Positions 37,582-47,760 of a stretch of 64,000 nt of DNA are shown piece after piece (position 1 is the first letter of the stretch; every line of letters begins with the position of its first letter). The DNA comes from an uncultured Planctomycetota bacterium (GTDB lineage: Bacteria > Planctomycetota > Phycisphaerae > Tepidisphaerales > Tepidisphaeraceae). The notes under the pieces were generated by a model. The model was not told the DNA's origin. It saw only the letters and a list, made by a program, of their open reading frames with translations, and did not search any database. A program made the position numbers and the translations under genes. Location: positions 960,001 to 1,024,000 of the forward strand of contig CAWJEN010000005.1 in assembly GCA_963841915.1 (NCBI GenBank), in the 5' to 3' direction.

Positions 37582-38619
37582 ATGGCACGCGAGCGACTTG
37601 TTTCCGCTCAAGCGCAGGACAACGTCGAAAAGCGGGTCAATTTCGCCCTTCGGCCCGAGACGTTCGGCCAGTATGTCGGCCAGTCCGAACTGCTCCGCAA
37701 GCTCAAAATCGCCGTCCAGGCGGCCGAGGGGCGGGAAGAACCAGTCGACCACTGCCTTTTTCACGGTCCGCCGGGGTTGGGTAAGACCACGCTCGCACAC
37801 GTCATCGCCAACGAGATCGGCACCCGCGTTCACGTCACGACGGGTCCGGCCCTGACCAAGCCGGCAGACCTGGTGGGCGTGGTTTCCAATCTCGGGCATC
37901 GCGACGTTTTGTTCATCGACGAGATTCACCGCCTCAGCCGCGTGGTCGAGGAGTACCTGTACAGCGCGATGGAGGACTACAAGGTCGACATCACGCTCGA
38001 TGCCGGTGCGCACGCCCGGGTGATGACGATGAACGTCAAGCCGTTCACGCTGATCGGTGCGACGACGCGACTCGGGTTGCTGACAGCACCGATGCGGTCG
38101 CGCTTCGGACTGGTCGAGCACCTGGAGTTTTACCCGAAGGCCGACCTGGAGAAGATCTTGGCCGGGAGCGTCGAGAAGCTGAAGGTGGAGGCCGAGGCCG
38201 AAGCGTTGTCGGAACTGGCGGGGCGAAGCCGCGGGACGCCGCGGGTGGCGAATCGGCTGCTGAGGCGGGTCCGTGACTTTGCCGCCGTCGAGGCCGATGG
38301 CAGGCTGACGATCGACGTGACGAAGCGGTCGCTCGAGCTCGAAGGCATCGATGACCGCGGCCTCGACAATCAGGACCGGCAGATGCTGCTCTCGATCATC
38401 AACGTTTACGAGGGCGGCCCCGCAGGCGTCGATGCCATCGCCGCCACGCTGGGCGAAGAGCGTGACACGCTCGAAGATGTCGTCGAGCCGTTCCTGCTCC
38501 AGCAGGGATTGCTCACCCGCACCCGCCAAGGCAGGCGTGTCACCGCCAAGGCGTACGCGCACCTCGGCATCGCCTGCCCTTCACGCGACGACGAACAACC
38601 GTCGACCGACGCTGCGTGA
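37582..38619 (+). CDS. ruvB: Holliday junction branch migration helicase RuvB
   Basis: LRP, GPPGLGKTTLA, FIDEIHR, GATTR, SRGTPRVANRLLRRVRD, EPFL. Confidence 0.97.
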   Translation: MARERLVSAQAQDNVEKRVNFALRPETFGQYVGQSELLRKLKIAVQAAEGREEPVDHCLFHGPPGLGKTTLAHVIANEIGTRVHVTTGPALTKPADLVGVVSNLGHRDVLFIDEIHRLSRVVEEYLYSAMEDYKVDITLDAGAHARVMTMNVKPFTLIGATTRLGLLTAPMRSRFGLVEHLEFYPKADLEKILAGSVEKLKVEAEAEALSELAGRSRGTPRVANRLLRRVRDFAAVEADGRLTIDVTKRSLELEGIDDRGLDNQDRQMLLSIINVYEGGPAGVDAIAATLGEERDTLEDVVEPFLLQQGLLTRTRQGRRVTAKAYAHLGIACPSRDDEQPSTDAA

Positions 38620-38633
38620 GCTAGACGATGCAA

Positions 38634-38660
38634 AGGTGGCTGCGGATCTGCGACCCGCAG
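38634..38660 (+). repeat. REP-like palindrome (GTGG foot + hairpin), copy 2
   Basis: aggtggctgcggatctgcgacccgcag between convergent genes. Confidence 0.7.
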
Positions 38661-38700
38661 CCAGGCTTCGCCGACTTCCTGCGCTGACAGCAAACAGGTT

Positions 38701-38919
38701 TCAGCTCGCCTCTTCGACCTCTGCCATGGCGACGATGGCTTGGGCGATCTTGACGTACTTGAGCTTGGCCAGCTCTTCGATGCTGTCGACGCCGAAGGCG
38801 TCTTTGAGGTGCTTGGCGTCACCCTCGCTCACACCTTGGATGGCGTGAACCGGAGCCCTTGCGATCTCGCGGAAGCTCTTGTCCTCGTACGACTTCATCA
38901 CGGCGTTGTTGATGTTCAT
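38701..38919 (-). CDS. Small conserved hypothetical protein, helix-hairpin-helix-like
   Basis: MNINNAVMKSYEDKSFREIARAPVHAIQGVSEGDAKHLKDAFGVDSIEELAKLKYVKIAQAIVAMAE; AIQGVS..DA..L..AFG...I.EL pattern. Confidence 0.75.
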   Translation of the reverse strand: MNINNAVMKSYEDKSFREIARAPVHAIQGVSEGDAKHLKDAFGVDSIEELAKLKYVKIAQAIVAMAEVEEAS

Positions 38920-38951
38920 GGGGTTGCAAGATAACGACAAGGCGTTGACGG

Positions 38952-40130
38952 TCAACTTTCCATGCGGTCCAACTGGACGACGGCCAGTGGGCCGAAGATC
39001 AACACCGGCAGCCACGCCATCGTCGCCGGCCAACGCGACAGCAACGCGTCGGACAAGAACGGCGGTGGCTCTCGGGCGGCCATCTGGCACGCGAATGTCG
39101 CCCCCATGGCCAGGCCGACGACGATGAGTGTCCGCCTCGCCGCCAGGCGTAGTGCCCCGGGCTGCCGCGTCAGGACCGCAGGCACCGCCAGCAGGATGAG
39201 GACGAGGTTCATGAAGTGCCCGCTCAGCCGCGCGTGCTTGGCCCGCAGCAGGTCGGCCGACACGCCACCACCCGGGCGGCTCAGCAGATTGTGAATCTGT
39301 CGCGTGCTGAGCAGGTCGAAGTAGCTGCCACCGGCCCCGACGCTAAGGTCGGCGGCGTGGGCGAGCTCCAGATCGACAGGCCGTAGGGCCGTTTCCCAGA
39401 AGTCGAGCACCTGCGCGTCGGGCGGGCGGACGCCCGTCATGTCGCCTGCCCCGATGAGGTCGTCGACCCGGCGGCCGTTGGTAAGCTGCCATCCGCCGGC
39501 CGCCTCGTCGAAGAGCGCGATGTCTGCCGTCGTCAGCGACAACGTTCGGGCTTGCTCGTCTCGCCGAACGATCGTCACCAATTCTGCCTGCGGCACGACA
39601 TCCTCACCCGGCACGGCAGGCATGAATCGGCCTGCAAGAAAGACCTGACCATCACCGGCCTGCGTCGGCTCGATTGCGTACGCCTCCCGCTCCCCGGCGG
39701 CGGCCTCCCAACGCTCCAGTGTCAGCCAGCCGGCCAGACGTGGGATCACGAACTCCTGGTTGATCGGCTGAACAATCAGGTTGATCGCCAGCGACGCCAA
39801 CACCACCGGTGCCGCCACCCGCAGCAACGGAACACCGGCGGCCAGGAGCGCGGTGAGCTCGTTGAACCGACTCATCCGCATGAGCGTAAAGGCGGCGGCG
39901 ACGACCGGAATGACGCCCGCGAGCTGGCCGTAGATGAAGAGCGCCTGGGCGAGGTAGTAGCTGCCGATGCCCCGCATCCAGTCACCGAAGGTGGCGTCTT
40001 CGCCTCCACGGCCGAGCTCATCAAAGTTGAAGAACGCGTCCATCATCACGTAGAGCCCGATGAGAACCACGAGGGCAATGACGTAGTTCTTGAGGAACGA
40101 GCCGAGAATGTAGCGGTCGATCTGCGTCAA
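38952..40130 (-). CDS. LptF/LptG family LPS export permease
   Basis: IDRYI, multi-TM, RMSRFNELTALLAAGVPLLRV, AWLP; TTG start inferred. Confidence 0.88.
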   Translation of the reverse strand: MTQIDRYILGSFLKNYVIALVVLIGLYVMMDAFFNFDELGRGGEDATFGDWMRGIGSYYLAQALFIYGQLAGVIPVVAAAFTLMRMSRFNELTALLAAGVPLLRVAAPVVLASLAINLIVQPINQEFVIPRLAGWLTLERWEAAAGEREAYAIEPTQAGDGQVFLAGRFMPAVPGEDVVPQAELVTIVRRDEQARTLSLTTADIALFDEAAGGWQLTNGRRVDDLIGAGDMTGVRPPDAQVLDFWETALRPVDLELAHAADLSVGAGGSYFDLLSTRQIHNLLSRPGGGVSADLLRAKHARLSGHFMNLVLILLAVPAVLTRQPGALRLAARRTLIVVGLAMGATFACQMAAREPPPFLSDALLSRWPATMAWLPVLIFGPLAVVQLDRMES

Positions 40131-40157
40131 CAGGGCAAGCGTAAGCGCAACGAGAAC

Positions 40158-40181
40158 AGGCCGCACCCGAAGGCGCGGCCC
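40158..40181 (-). terminator. Terminator after PEP-CTERM gene
   Basis: Minus strand gggccgcgcc-TTCG-ggtgcggcct followed by gttct. Confidence 0.65.
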
Positions 40182-40214
40182 GTTGATTTGTGCGAAGCCG
40201 AAGCTTCAGCCGAT

Positions 40215-40829
40215 TCAGGCGCGACGACGACGCAGCATGGCGAGGCCGCCGAGACCGGCCATAGCGGCGGTGGTCGGCTCAGGGATGGCGATGAAGAAGT
40301 TCAGGACGTAATCGCCGCCAACATCGATGCCGCTGCTGACAGCGGTGTCGACGGTGGGTCCGAAGACGACTTGGAACTCACCGAGAACGGCCGTGTACTG
40401 GCCAGCGGCGAGGAAGGGGCCGTCTTCGCCGTCGGCGATGCCGTCGCCACCGAGGTTGAAGCTGTCGCCGAGCATCATGCCCGAACCGACACCAAAGCTC
40501 AGCGTGCTGTCGACGCCGATGCCGTCGTCGTCGTCGTTACCCACGAGCACGGTGGAGGCAGCATTAAAGATGCTGCCGGCGTAAAGACCGATTTCGGTGT
40601 CGAAGTCGGTGCCATTCGACGTGATGTCGAGGTAGTCACCCTCAGAGGCGTCGATCGACGTCGGCAGCGTGAACGTGACATAGACGAGCTCGTTGGGAGC
40701 AATGCTACCGGTGAGCGTGGTCGGAACGCGGCTCGGCGACGGCAGGACGCCGAGATCAATGACGACGGCCTGAGCCGTTGCGGTGGCTGCGGCAACGATG
40801 GCGCCGGCGGCAAGTAGTGTGGTCTTCAT
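40215..40829 (-). CDS. PEP-CTERM protein with PPC/DVUA0089-like domain
   Basis: Signal peptide, FDTEIGLY...NDDD, C-terminus IPEPTTAAMAGLGGLAMLRRRRA. Confidence 0.9.
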   Translation of the reverse strand: MKTTLLAAGAIVAAATATAQAVVIDLGVLPSPSRVPTTLTGSIAPNELVYVTFTLPTSIDASEGDYLDITSNGTDFDTEIGLYAGSIFNAASTVLVGNDDDDGIGVDSTLSFGVGSGMMLGDSFNLGGDGIADGEDGPFLAAGQYTAVLGEFQVVFGPTVDTAVSSGIDVGGDYVLNFFIAIPEPTTAAMAGLGGLAMLRRRRA

Positions 40830-41018
40830 GCGTGCTTCTTTCCCCTGAGGAATATGAAATTCGGTGTCTCTCCCGCTCCCGCACAAGCGGTGCCGCGGCT
40901 AAGGGCCGATCCCGGTTCGGGTATCAGCCTCGGCACCTTATCAGCCTTGGCCCTCCTGCTGCAAGCGCATATGCAAATTTTGCCACATCGCGCCAGGTGC
41001 AATCGTCTCCGGCCCGTT

Positions 41019-44000
41019 TCAGCGGGCCAAATCCAGCTCGCGGAGGCGAACGTTGCGGAACTCAACAGTCATCGGATCTGCACGTTCACCCACACCGTGA
41101 ACCTGCAGGGCGATGTGGCCGGCGTTGTCGACGGCGTCAAAGACGCTGGCTGCTGGGATGCCATTGATCCACGTCCGAATGACAGGGCCGCGGGCGACGA
41201 TGCGGACCTTGTTCCAGTCATCGGCCTTGTAAGCTCGGCGGGCGTAGGGTGCGTCTGAAAGCGGATAAAGCCACCCGCGGCGTCCTTCGTCGTAGAGCCC
41301 ACCCGACCAGCCACGGCTGCTCGGGTCCATCTCGACCTGGTAGCCGAACAGGCGGCCGTCCCGCTGGTCGATGCCGCCGCGGATGTCACTTCGGATCTGG
41401 ATGCCGCTGTTGAGCCCCGGGTGCTGCTTGACCTCGAGGAGCAGCTCGAAGTCGCCGTAGGTCTTCTTTGTCGTCAGGAACGTGTTGGGCGTGTTGGGGG
41501 CACTGGTGCCGGTGACGGTGCCGTTGTTCAGCTCGAAGGTGGCATTGCCGCCGCGGACGAGCCACGGGTCGAGCGAGTCATTCTCGAGCAGATCAACCCA
41601 ATGGCCCTCTGACGTGGTCGTCGGCTGCAGCGGGGCGATCCATATGTTGCGATACCGGACCGGTCCTTCTGCGTCCGTCGAGTGGTCCTGGAGCACGAGT
41701 GGCCCAACCTGCACCGGCTCACCGGTTGCGGCACGACTGCCGGTGGGCGTCTTCAGCTCGACATCGTCGTGAATCAGCGTGCCGTTGAGGTACGCGGTGA
41801 CGCGAGCGTTGGCGGTCTTCTTGCCGTTGTCGAACTCTGGGGCCTGGAACCAGATGTCGTACGCCTGCCAGGTGCCAGGCCCGGTCGACGCGTTGACATC
41901 GGCCGCCTTCTGCTTGTAGATCGCTCCGAGTTCGTCATCAGCGAGCTGTTCGTCGCCGGCAAGCGTGCCGAGCACTTGCAGCTCGTACAGGCCGTGCAGG
42001 TAGACGCCGCTGTTGCCTGCCTGTTGACCTTCGCCACCGGGCGGGCAGTAGAACTCGATGTGCAGGCGTGCATTGCCGAAGCTGTTCTTGCTGATGAAGT
42101 TACCGCCACCGACTTCGACGTAGCCGGGCAAGGCAAGCAGGTCGTCGCCTGTGCGATTGGCGGCTTTGCCGTCTGCGCCCTCATACTTGAAGGCGACGTC
42201 CGCCGACGCGCTGAGCAACGGCACCGCCTCGGCAGGCGGGAGAACGCCGACACCCACGCCTGTGGCCGGATCGACCGTTATCTCGCCCAGCGTTGCCGTT
42301 GCCGGGGCCACCTGGAGAGGCACTTCGTTAAGGGTGTACCAGGCCTCGGTCGACCAGATCTGCTCCCCGTCTGTGGCTGTCGGATCGGTACGAAGATAGA
42401 CGACGTTGCCGGCCTCGACGCCGTCGATGACGAGGCGAACACCCATGCCGTCTTCGTGCGGCGTAGCGGTCGATGCGGTCAGCGACACTTGGTCGATCTT
42501 CCTCCCGCCGTACGCCGCCGTGTGGACGTAGTGCCACTGCTTGAGCTGGTAATGGGTGGCATCGGCCAACCAATCCGGGTCGACAGGCTTGGTGAATCGC
42601 ACGTCGAAGCCGTCGGGCGTGGCTGACATCGAGTGGAACTCGAAGACGTCTGTGCCGTTAGGCGTGAGACGTTGCAGGCCGTATTTTGTGTCTCGCCACG
42701 CCCAGTTACCATTAGCTCCAATGCCGCCGGTGTAGAGCGAACCGTCGGGTCCCCATTCGAGGCGGTTGACGCCGCTTTCGAGGCCTTGCGTGAAGCGGAA
42801 GATCGCCCCTTGCCACTGGCCGTTGACGCGTTCGAGGAACAACCGCCGGATGCCGCCGTTCGTCAATTCGGCCATGTACATCTGCCCGGCAAAGGGTCCT
42901 TCTTCGATAAGCTGAACCTGCGTCGGTGAGTTGCTGACCTCGTTGTGCGGCAGATAGACCGCCGCCGGGCTGCGGGGCCGATCCGCAAAGACGCTTTCGT
43001 GTCCGCCTTCGGGGTAGTACTTCGCCAGTTTCGGCACGAAGCTCGTCACGTTGTAGTGCCCCAGAAAACGGCCGCTGACGACTTCCGCCATGAGACTCGT
43101 GCTCATCCACGAGCCCTGGTTGTCGAGGTACATCAGCGAACCTTCCGGCCCCCAGCCGAGTCCATTGGGCGTGCGGGTTCCACCGGCGATGACGCGGACG
43201 TCGTTCGTCTCGATGTCGATCTCCAGAATGCCGCCGCGCATGGGCCCGCTCGGCCCGGAATTGGTCGTCATGCCCTCCCAGGCCGGCGGTGCCATAGTGG
43301 TCGACAGCGCCGTGTAGAGCTTGCCGTCCCGGGCGAGCAGGCCGAAGACGAACTGGTGGTAGTTCCAACCTTCCCAGCCTTCTGCGACAACATCGTGCGT
43401 CTCGAAAAAGCCGTCGCCGTCCGTGTCGGTCAGCTTGATGATGCTTTTGCGGCTGGTGACATAAAGGTCGCCGTTGTAGACGCACATGCCGCTCGGCTCG
43501 TACAGGCCATCAGCGACGATTTCGACCGTCACGTCGGCCGGATCACCCGTCACGCCGGTCAGCGCGTGGAGCTTGTCGGATTCCTTTGCGTCGATGTCCG
43601 GCAGCGACGTTTCGGTCCGCTGCATGGGCGAGAACGTGCCGACGACAAGCCGCCCGTCCGGCAGAAACGCCATCGCGCCGACGAGCGGCTCGAACCCCTC
43701 GGGCCGGACCGTCGCCAGGTCCCACGCCGGGTGAACCGACGTCAGCGGCCGACCGTCACCGGGCCGCGTGTCATGGAGAATCTGCTTCTTGCCCGGCGAT
43801 GTGACGCGGGTCGGGTCGTCCTCGGTCAGCAACACCTCAGCGGGCACAAGTGCCCATTTCTCTGCACCGGGCACCTTCCATTCGAGCGTCAGTTGCCGCT
43901 GACCTCCGGAGTCGAAGTGATCGACCAGCAGCGGGACGAGCCCCGGCTGCAAGTCGATCGAGCCCGTCTGAACAGATCGACCCCGTTCGAGGCATTCGAT

Positions 44001-44369
44001 GACGACCTGACCGTTCAGCGTCAGCCGCCCGCCGTCGTCGATGGTCAGGCGGAAGTCGTACCGACCGGCTTCCTTGACATCGAGGAAGCCGGTCAGGGTC
44101 GAGATCGAGGAGCCGTCGACGTTGCTGAAGTCGCCACGGCTGCGGAAGTCGATGACGTCCCGCCGTTCGTCGATGTTGGGCGTCTGATCCTGAACGAGCC
44201 GGACCAACTTTGCCGGCTGATCGGCCACCTCGTATACGCGCAGCGTCACGCCTTGCACGAGACCTTCCCTGGTTGCCGCATCTTGGCCCAATGCCGGACG
44301 AGCGGCGAGCGACAGGATCACGGCCGAGAACGAGACGCTCAGCCACCGGAAGGTCCATCCATTCATCAC
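41019..44369 (-). CDS. Secreted PA14 + beta-propeller (sugar dehydrogenase-like) + two DUF1080 (3-keto-disaccharide hydrolase family) domains
   Basis: YDFRLTIDDGGRL (PA14); GTRTPNG, DNQGSW propeller; GNSGVY..YELQV...WQAYDI...LQDH...YRNIWI; NSGIQIR...GYQVE...IALQVH...EFRNVRLR. Confidence 0.85.
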   Translation of the reverse strand: MMNGWTFRWLSVSFSAVILSLAARPALGQDAATREGLVQGVTLRVYEVADQPAKLVRLVQDQTPNIDERRDVIDFRSRGDFSNVDGSSISTLTGFLDVKEAGRYDFRLTIDDGGRLTLNGQVVIECLERGRSVQTGSIDLQPGLVPLLVDHFDSGGQRQLTLEWKVPGAEKWALVPAEVLLTEDDPTRVTSPGKKQILHDTRPGDGRPLTSVHPAWDLATVRPEGFEPLVGAMAFLPDGRLVVGTFSPMQRTETSLPDIDAKESDKLHALTGVTGDPADVTVEIVADGLYEPSGMCVYNGDLYVTSRKSIIKLTDTDGDGFFETHDVVAEGWEGWNYHQFVFGLLARDGKLYTALSTTMAPPAWEGMTTNSGPSGPMRGGILEIDIETNDVRVIAGGTRTPNGLGWGPEGSLMYLDNQGSWMSTSLMAEVVSGRFLGHYNVTSFVPKLAKYYPEGGHESVFADRPRSPAAVYLPHNEVSNSPTQVQLIEEGPFAGQMYMAELTNGGIRRLFLERVNGQWQGAIFRFTQGLESGVNRLEWGPDGSLYTGGIGANGNWAWRDTKYGLQRLTPNGTDVFEFHSMSATPDGFDVRFTKPVDPDWLADATHYQLKQWHYVHTAAYGGRKIDQVSLTASTATPHEDGMGVRLVIDGVEAGNVVYLRTDPTATDGEQIWSTEAWYTLNEVPLQVAPATATLGEITVDPATGVGVGVLPPAEAVPLLSASADVAFKYEGADGKAANRTGDDLLALPGYVEVGGGNFISKNSFGNARLHIEFYCPPGGEGQQAGNSGVYLHGLYELQVLGTLAGDEQLADDELGAIYKQKAADVNASTGPGTWQAYDIWFQAPEFDNGKKTANARVTAYLNGTLIHDDVELKTPTGSRAATGEPVQVGPLVLQDHSTDAEGPVRYRNIWIAPLQPTTTSEGHWVDLLENDSLDPWLVRGGNATFELNNGTVTGTSAPNTPNTFLTTKKTYGDFELLLEVKQHPGLNSGIQIRSDIRGGIDQRDGRLFGYQVEMDPSSRGWSGGLYDEGRRGWLYPLSDAPYARRAYKADDWNKVRIVARGPVIRTWINGIPAASVFDAVDNAGHIALQVHGVGERADPMTVEFRNVRLRELDLAR

Positions 44370-44458
44370 GAGCCAAGCGTACTAAAAGCCACACCGTCGT
44401 GTCGGCAACACCGGTCTGCGGTAGACGTGGTGCTTTGGCAGCAAGAGAACCGACTGCA

Positions 44459-44531
<73 letters not shown>

Positions 44532-44610
44532 GAATAGCGGGCAACAGTGTAGCGCAAAGCCGCCCGCGGGCAACGGCCGCGGGCGGGTGAATTTTTATGC
44601 TTTGACCCTC

Positions 44611-47601
44611 TTAATCGTCGTCGGTGGCGAACAGGCTGGCAGACGGTGCGGCCAGCGTGCTGCCGAAGCTGCCGCGGAGCAGGGCGAAGTCGAGAATGCT
44701 CACCGTTCCATCGTAGTTGAAGTCGCCCTGACTGAACGTCCCGGCACTGCCAAAGTTGGACCGCAGGATCGCAAAGTCGAGGATCGAGACGGTGCGGTCT
44801 CGGTTGGCGTCACCGGCCAGCACGTAATCTGTGACGACGGCCGGAGCGGCCATGGCATCGGTCTGCAGCGTGAAGCGGTAATTGCCGTCGACGAGCAGCG
44901 TCGTGGCGGCGAAGGTGACGGTGTCGCTCGAAGCGTCGTAGGTCATCACGAACTCACCGGCGTCGATTACATCGTTTGTCGTCAGGTTCTCGACAAGCAG
45001 ATCATCAGTCGACATGCCGGCCGAAGCATCGCGATCAAAGGTAAATTGCACGGCAGCCATGTCGACGTCGAACAGGCTGGTCAAGACCGTCGGCGGCACC
45101 ACGCCGTCGGTGCTGCCGAGGTCGATTGTTACTACCTCACCACTGGGCGCGATGAGGTCGAGTCCGGCACCGTCGCCTGTGCCGATGCGGTCGCCCTCAA
45201 GGACTTGGCGGATGTTCTGCTGCGAGTCGGCGGGTACGACGAAGGCGTAGCGGCCGTCGGTATCGGTGGTGGTGCGGACGTCTCCGCCACCGTCGAGGGT
45301 GAGCGACCACTGCACGAGGTTGCCCTCGTCCACACCGGCATTGTCGGTCACGCGAAGCGTCCACACGCCGTTGATGGGCGAGCCGTTTAGGCCGCTGAGC
45401 GGCTCGTCTGGGCGGAACGCGCCGGTGTAGGGTGCGCTGCCGTCTGCGATTGCGGTGCTGGCACTGTCGCTGAAGGTGACGTCGGTCAGATCGTTGCCGC
45501 CCCCGCCGCGGCGGGCGAAGAGGTGCACCTCTTCGCCGTCGGGTGCCACCAGGAAGATGTCCAGGTCACCGACGAAGGTGTGTGTCAGGCTGAGGCCGAC
45601 GGTGACGTCTGTTACCGCACCCGACGCCTCGGCAAAGTCGAGGGTGCTGGTGGTGGTTGAGTTGTCGTTGATCGGGCTGCTGTCGAGTCTCGATTGCGAC
45701 ACTTCACCTTGACCGGGCTGGCCGTCGTTGTCGTTGTCGAGGTAGACGGACACGCCGGGCCGAACAGGCTCGGCAGCATCTTGCACGCCGTCACCGTCGA
45801 CATCGTCGAAGGCCACGCCGGTGAGGATGGTGCTCGTCGAGGAGGCGAAGACGACATTGGAGGCAAAGCCGGTCGGCCCGACCGTTACGACCGCCGACGC
45901 CGGCACGACCTGATCGGCTTGTGCGAGCACGCCGCTTGGGCCCGGCAGGGTTTGACGTCGCGTCTCGGTGTTCACCAGGCGAAGCGACTGAGTGCCCGGT
46001 TCGACACTCTCGATGGAGAAGCTGCCTTGTGCATCAGTGGTCGCCGAGGCCTCGCCGGTGTCAAACAGACTGTTGTCGTTAGCATCGTGGTAGATGATCG
46101 CACCTGCCAGGGCACCGTCATTGGCATCCCGCGTCCCGTTGCCGTTGACGTCATCAAAGGCGCTTCCATAGACGGCAGGGACGCCAGCAAGTTGCAACGC
46201 GTTGTTGGCGTTGAGACGACCGCCCGAAAGAATTGGTTTGTTACCCGTGGGGCTGTAGACGCTGACCGGGTCGGAGGTGTCGAGAATCGTCTGCTTGACC
46301 GCCTCGATCGACAGGCCCGGTGCGACGGAGTGGAGGAGTGCCACGACGCCACTGACGTGAGGCGTAGCCATGCTGGTTCCGGTCTTCGTGCCGTACCCGC
46401 CACCCGGAAGCGTGCTGAGTATTCCGACACCGGGAGCGGCAACGTCGACGCTGGTGAGCCCGTAGTTGGATGACGCGTACGCAGCGTCATTGCTGTCGGT
46501 TCCGGCGACGGCCAGGATGCCGGGCAGGTCGTAGCTGCTGGGGTAGTTAGGCGTGGCGTCGTTGTTGACGGGCGTGCCGAAGAAGCCAGACCCGTTACCG
46601 GCGGCCGCGGTGAAGAGCACGCCGGCGTTGTTATGAGCGAAAATGGCGTCTTCCAGCGCCTGATTGAACCCGCCACCGCCCCAGGAGTTGTTGCTGACGA
46701 CGATGTTCTCGCCGCGCTGTTTCATCATGGTGACGTAGTTGATCGCCTCGATGGCGTCTGCGGTGTCGCCGAAGCCGTCGTCGCCGAGGAACTTGAGCGC
46801 CATGATGCGGCTGTTCCACGACACACCGACGACGCCGATGCCGTTGTCACCGCGGGCGGCGATGGTGCCGGCGACGTGGGTGCCGTGACTCTCGCCGTCG
46901 AAGGGGTCGCTGTCGTCGTTGACAGTGTCGATGCCGTAGATGTCGTCGACGAAGCCGTTGTTGTCGTTGTCGATGCCGTCACCGGCGACTTCGCCCGGGT
47001 TGACCCACATGTTGGCCGCCAGGTCCGGGTGCGTGTAGTCGACGCCTGTGTCGATGACGGCTGTGATGACGCTGCTGCTGCCGGTTGAAATGTCCCAGGC
47101 CTCGGGCGCGTCGATGTCTGCGTCGTTGGCGTTGTTCAGGCCGTAAAGCTGGCCGTAGCTGGGATCGTTCGGCGTCGCTGCCGTGCTGTAGATGAAGTTC
47201 GGCTCGGCCGACAAGACGCCCGGTACGTTCTTCAGCGACGCCAGCAGGTCGCCCACGCTGATCGCGTTGCGGCCTGCGTTCTGCGGCACCTCGACAAGCA
47301 CCGCGCCACCGCCACCAAGGTGACTCGTCACCTGCGGTGCACCGGCGGCGTTACCAAAGTGATCGTCCAAAGCAGTCTCGACGACCTGGAGTTGCGTCGC
47401 ACGCTCATTCAGGTCCAGGTCACGATCGGCCGCATCAAAATGAACCTGTCGCCCTGGGCCGGCGGCGAGGTCGAATTGCACGATGGCCTCACCGGCCACC
47501 GCGTCGTAGGTGCTTCCGTGCCAAACGACCTGTTCGACGGCAAACTGAGCAGCCAAGAGGCGGCGGGCTTCAAGGACTTCGGGAGCAAAGGTTGGGGTCA
47601 T
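44611..47601 (-). CDS. S8 subtilase with SdrD-B-like repeats, P-proprotein domain and C-terminal dockerin-like repeat
   Basis: EVLEARRLLA; triad IDTG, HGTHVAG, GTSMATPH; HTFVGDLDI...GVWTLRVTD; GDANRD/GDFNYDGTVSILDF duplicate. Confidence 0.92.
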   Translation of the reverse strand: MTPTFAPEVLEARRLLAAQFAVEQVVWHGSTYDAVAGEAIVQFDLAAGPGRQVHFDAADRDLDLNERATQLQVVETALDDHFGNAAGAPQVTSHLGGGGAVLVEVPQNAGRNAISVGDLLASLKNVPGVLSAEPNFIYSTAATPNDPSYGQLYGLNNANDADIDAPEAWDISTGSSSVITAVIDTGVDYTHPDLAANMWVNPGEVAGDGIDNDNNGFVDDIYGIDTVNDDSDPFDGESHGTHVAGTIAARGDNGIGVVGVSWNSRIMALKFLGDDGFGDTADAIEAINYVTMMKQRGENIVVSNNSWGGGGFNQALEDAIFAHNNAGVLFTAAAGNGSGFFGTPVNNDATPNYPSSYDLPGILAVAGTDSNDAAYASSNYGLTSVDVAAPGVGILSTLPGGGYGTKTGTSMATPHVSGVVALLHSVAPGLSIEAVKQTILDTSDPVSVYSPTGNKPILSGGRLNANNALQLAGVPAVYGSAFDDVNGNGTRDANDGALAGAIIYHDANDNSLFDTGEASATTDAQGSFSIESVEPGTQSLRLVNTETRRQTLPGPSGVLAQADQVVPASAVVTVGPTGFASNVVFASSTSTILTGVAFDDVDGDGVQDAAEPVRPGVSVYLDNDNDGQPGQGEVSQSRLDSSPINDNSTTTSTLDFAEASGAVTDVTVGLSLTHTFVGDLDIFLVAPDGEEVHLFARRGGGGNDLTDVTFSDSASTAIADGSAPYTGAFRPDEPLSGLNGSPINGVWTLRVTDNAGVDEGNLVQWSLTLDGGGDVRTTTDTDGRYAFVVPADSQQNIRQVLEGDRIGTGDGAGLDLIAPSGEVVTIDLGSTDGVVPPTVLTSLFDVDMAAVQFTFDRDASAGMSTDDLLVENLTTNDVIDAGEFVMTYDASSDTVTFAATTLLVDGNYRFTLQTDAMAAPAVVTDYVLAGDANRDRTVSILDFAILRSNFGSAGTFSQGDFNYDGTVSILDFALLRGSFGSTLAAPSASLFATDDD

Positions 47602-47760
47602 CGTGTCGTTGGTCGGTAGGGTCGAGATGTCGCGTGGAAGGCGCGTTCTCGAACTTACTGATATTGAGGCAGGCTGCAACGGCCTTCGGCCAGACATTCT
47701 GACCGATCCATGCGAAGAGGGTGGTGGCGTTGAGGAACGCCGCTTCGGCTAGCGTGCTGC

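Noticed and set aside
44551..44569. Third copy of the parS-cassette left block (agcgcaaagccgcccgcgg, 17/19 match)
   Set aside because: No parS or right block nearby; explained as the arm of a terminator-like hairpin plus the tRNA-Glu promoter; may be chance in GC-rich DNA.
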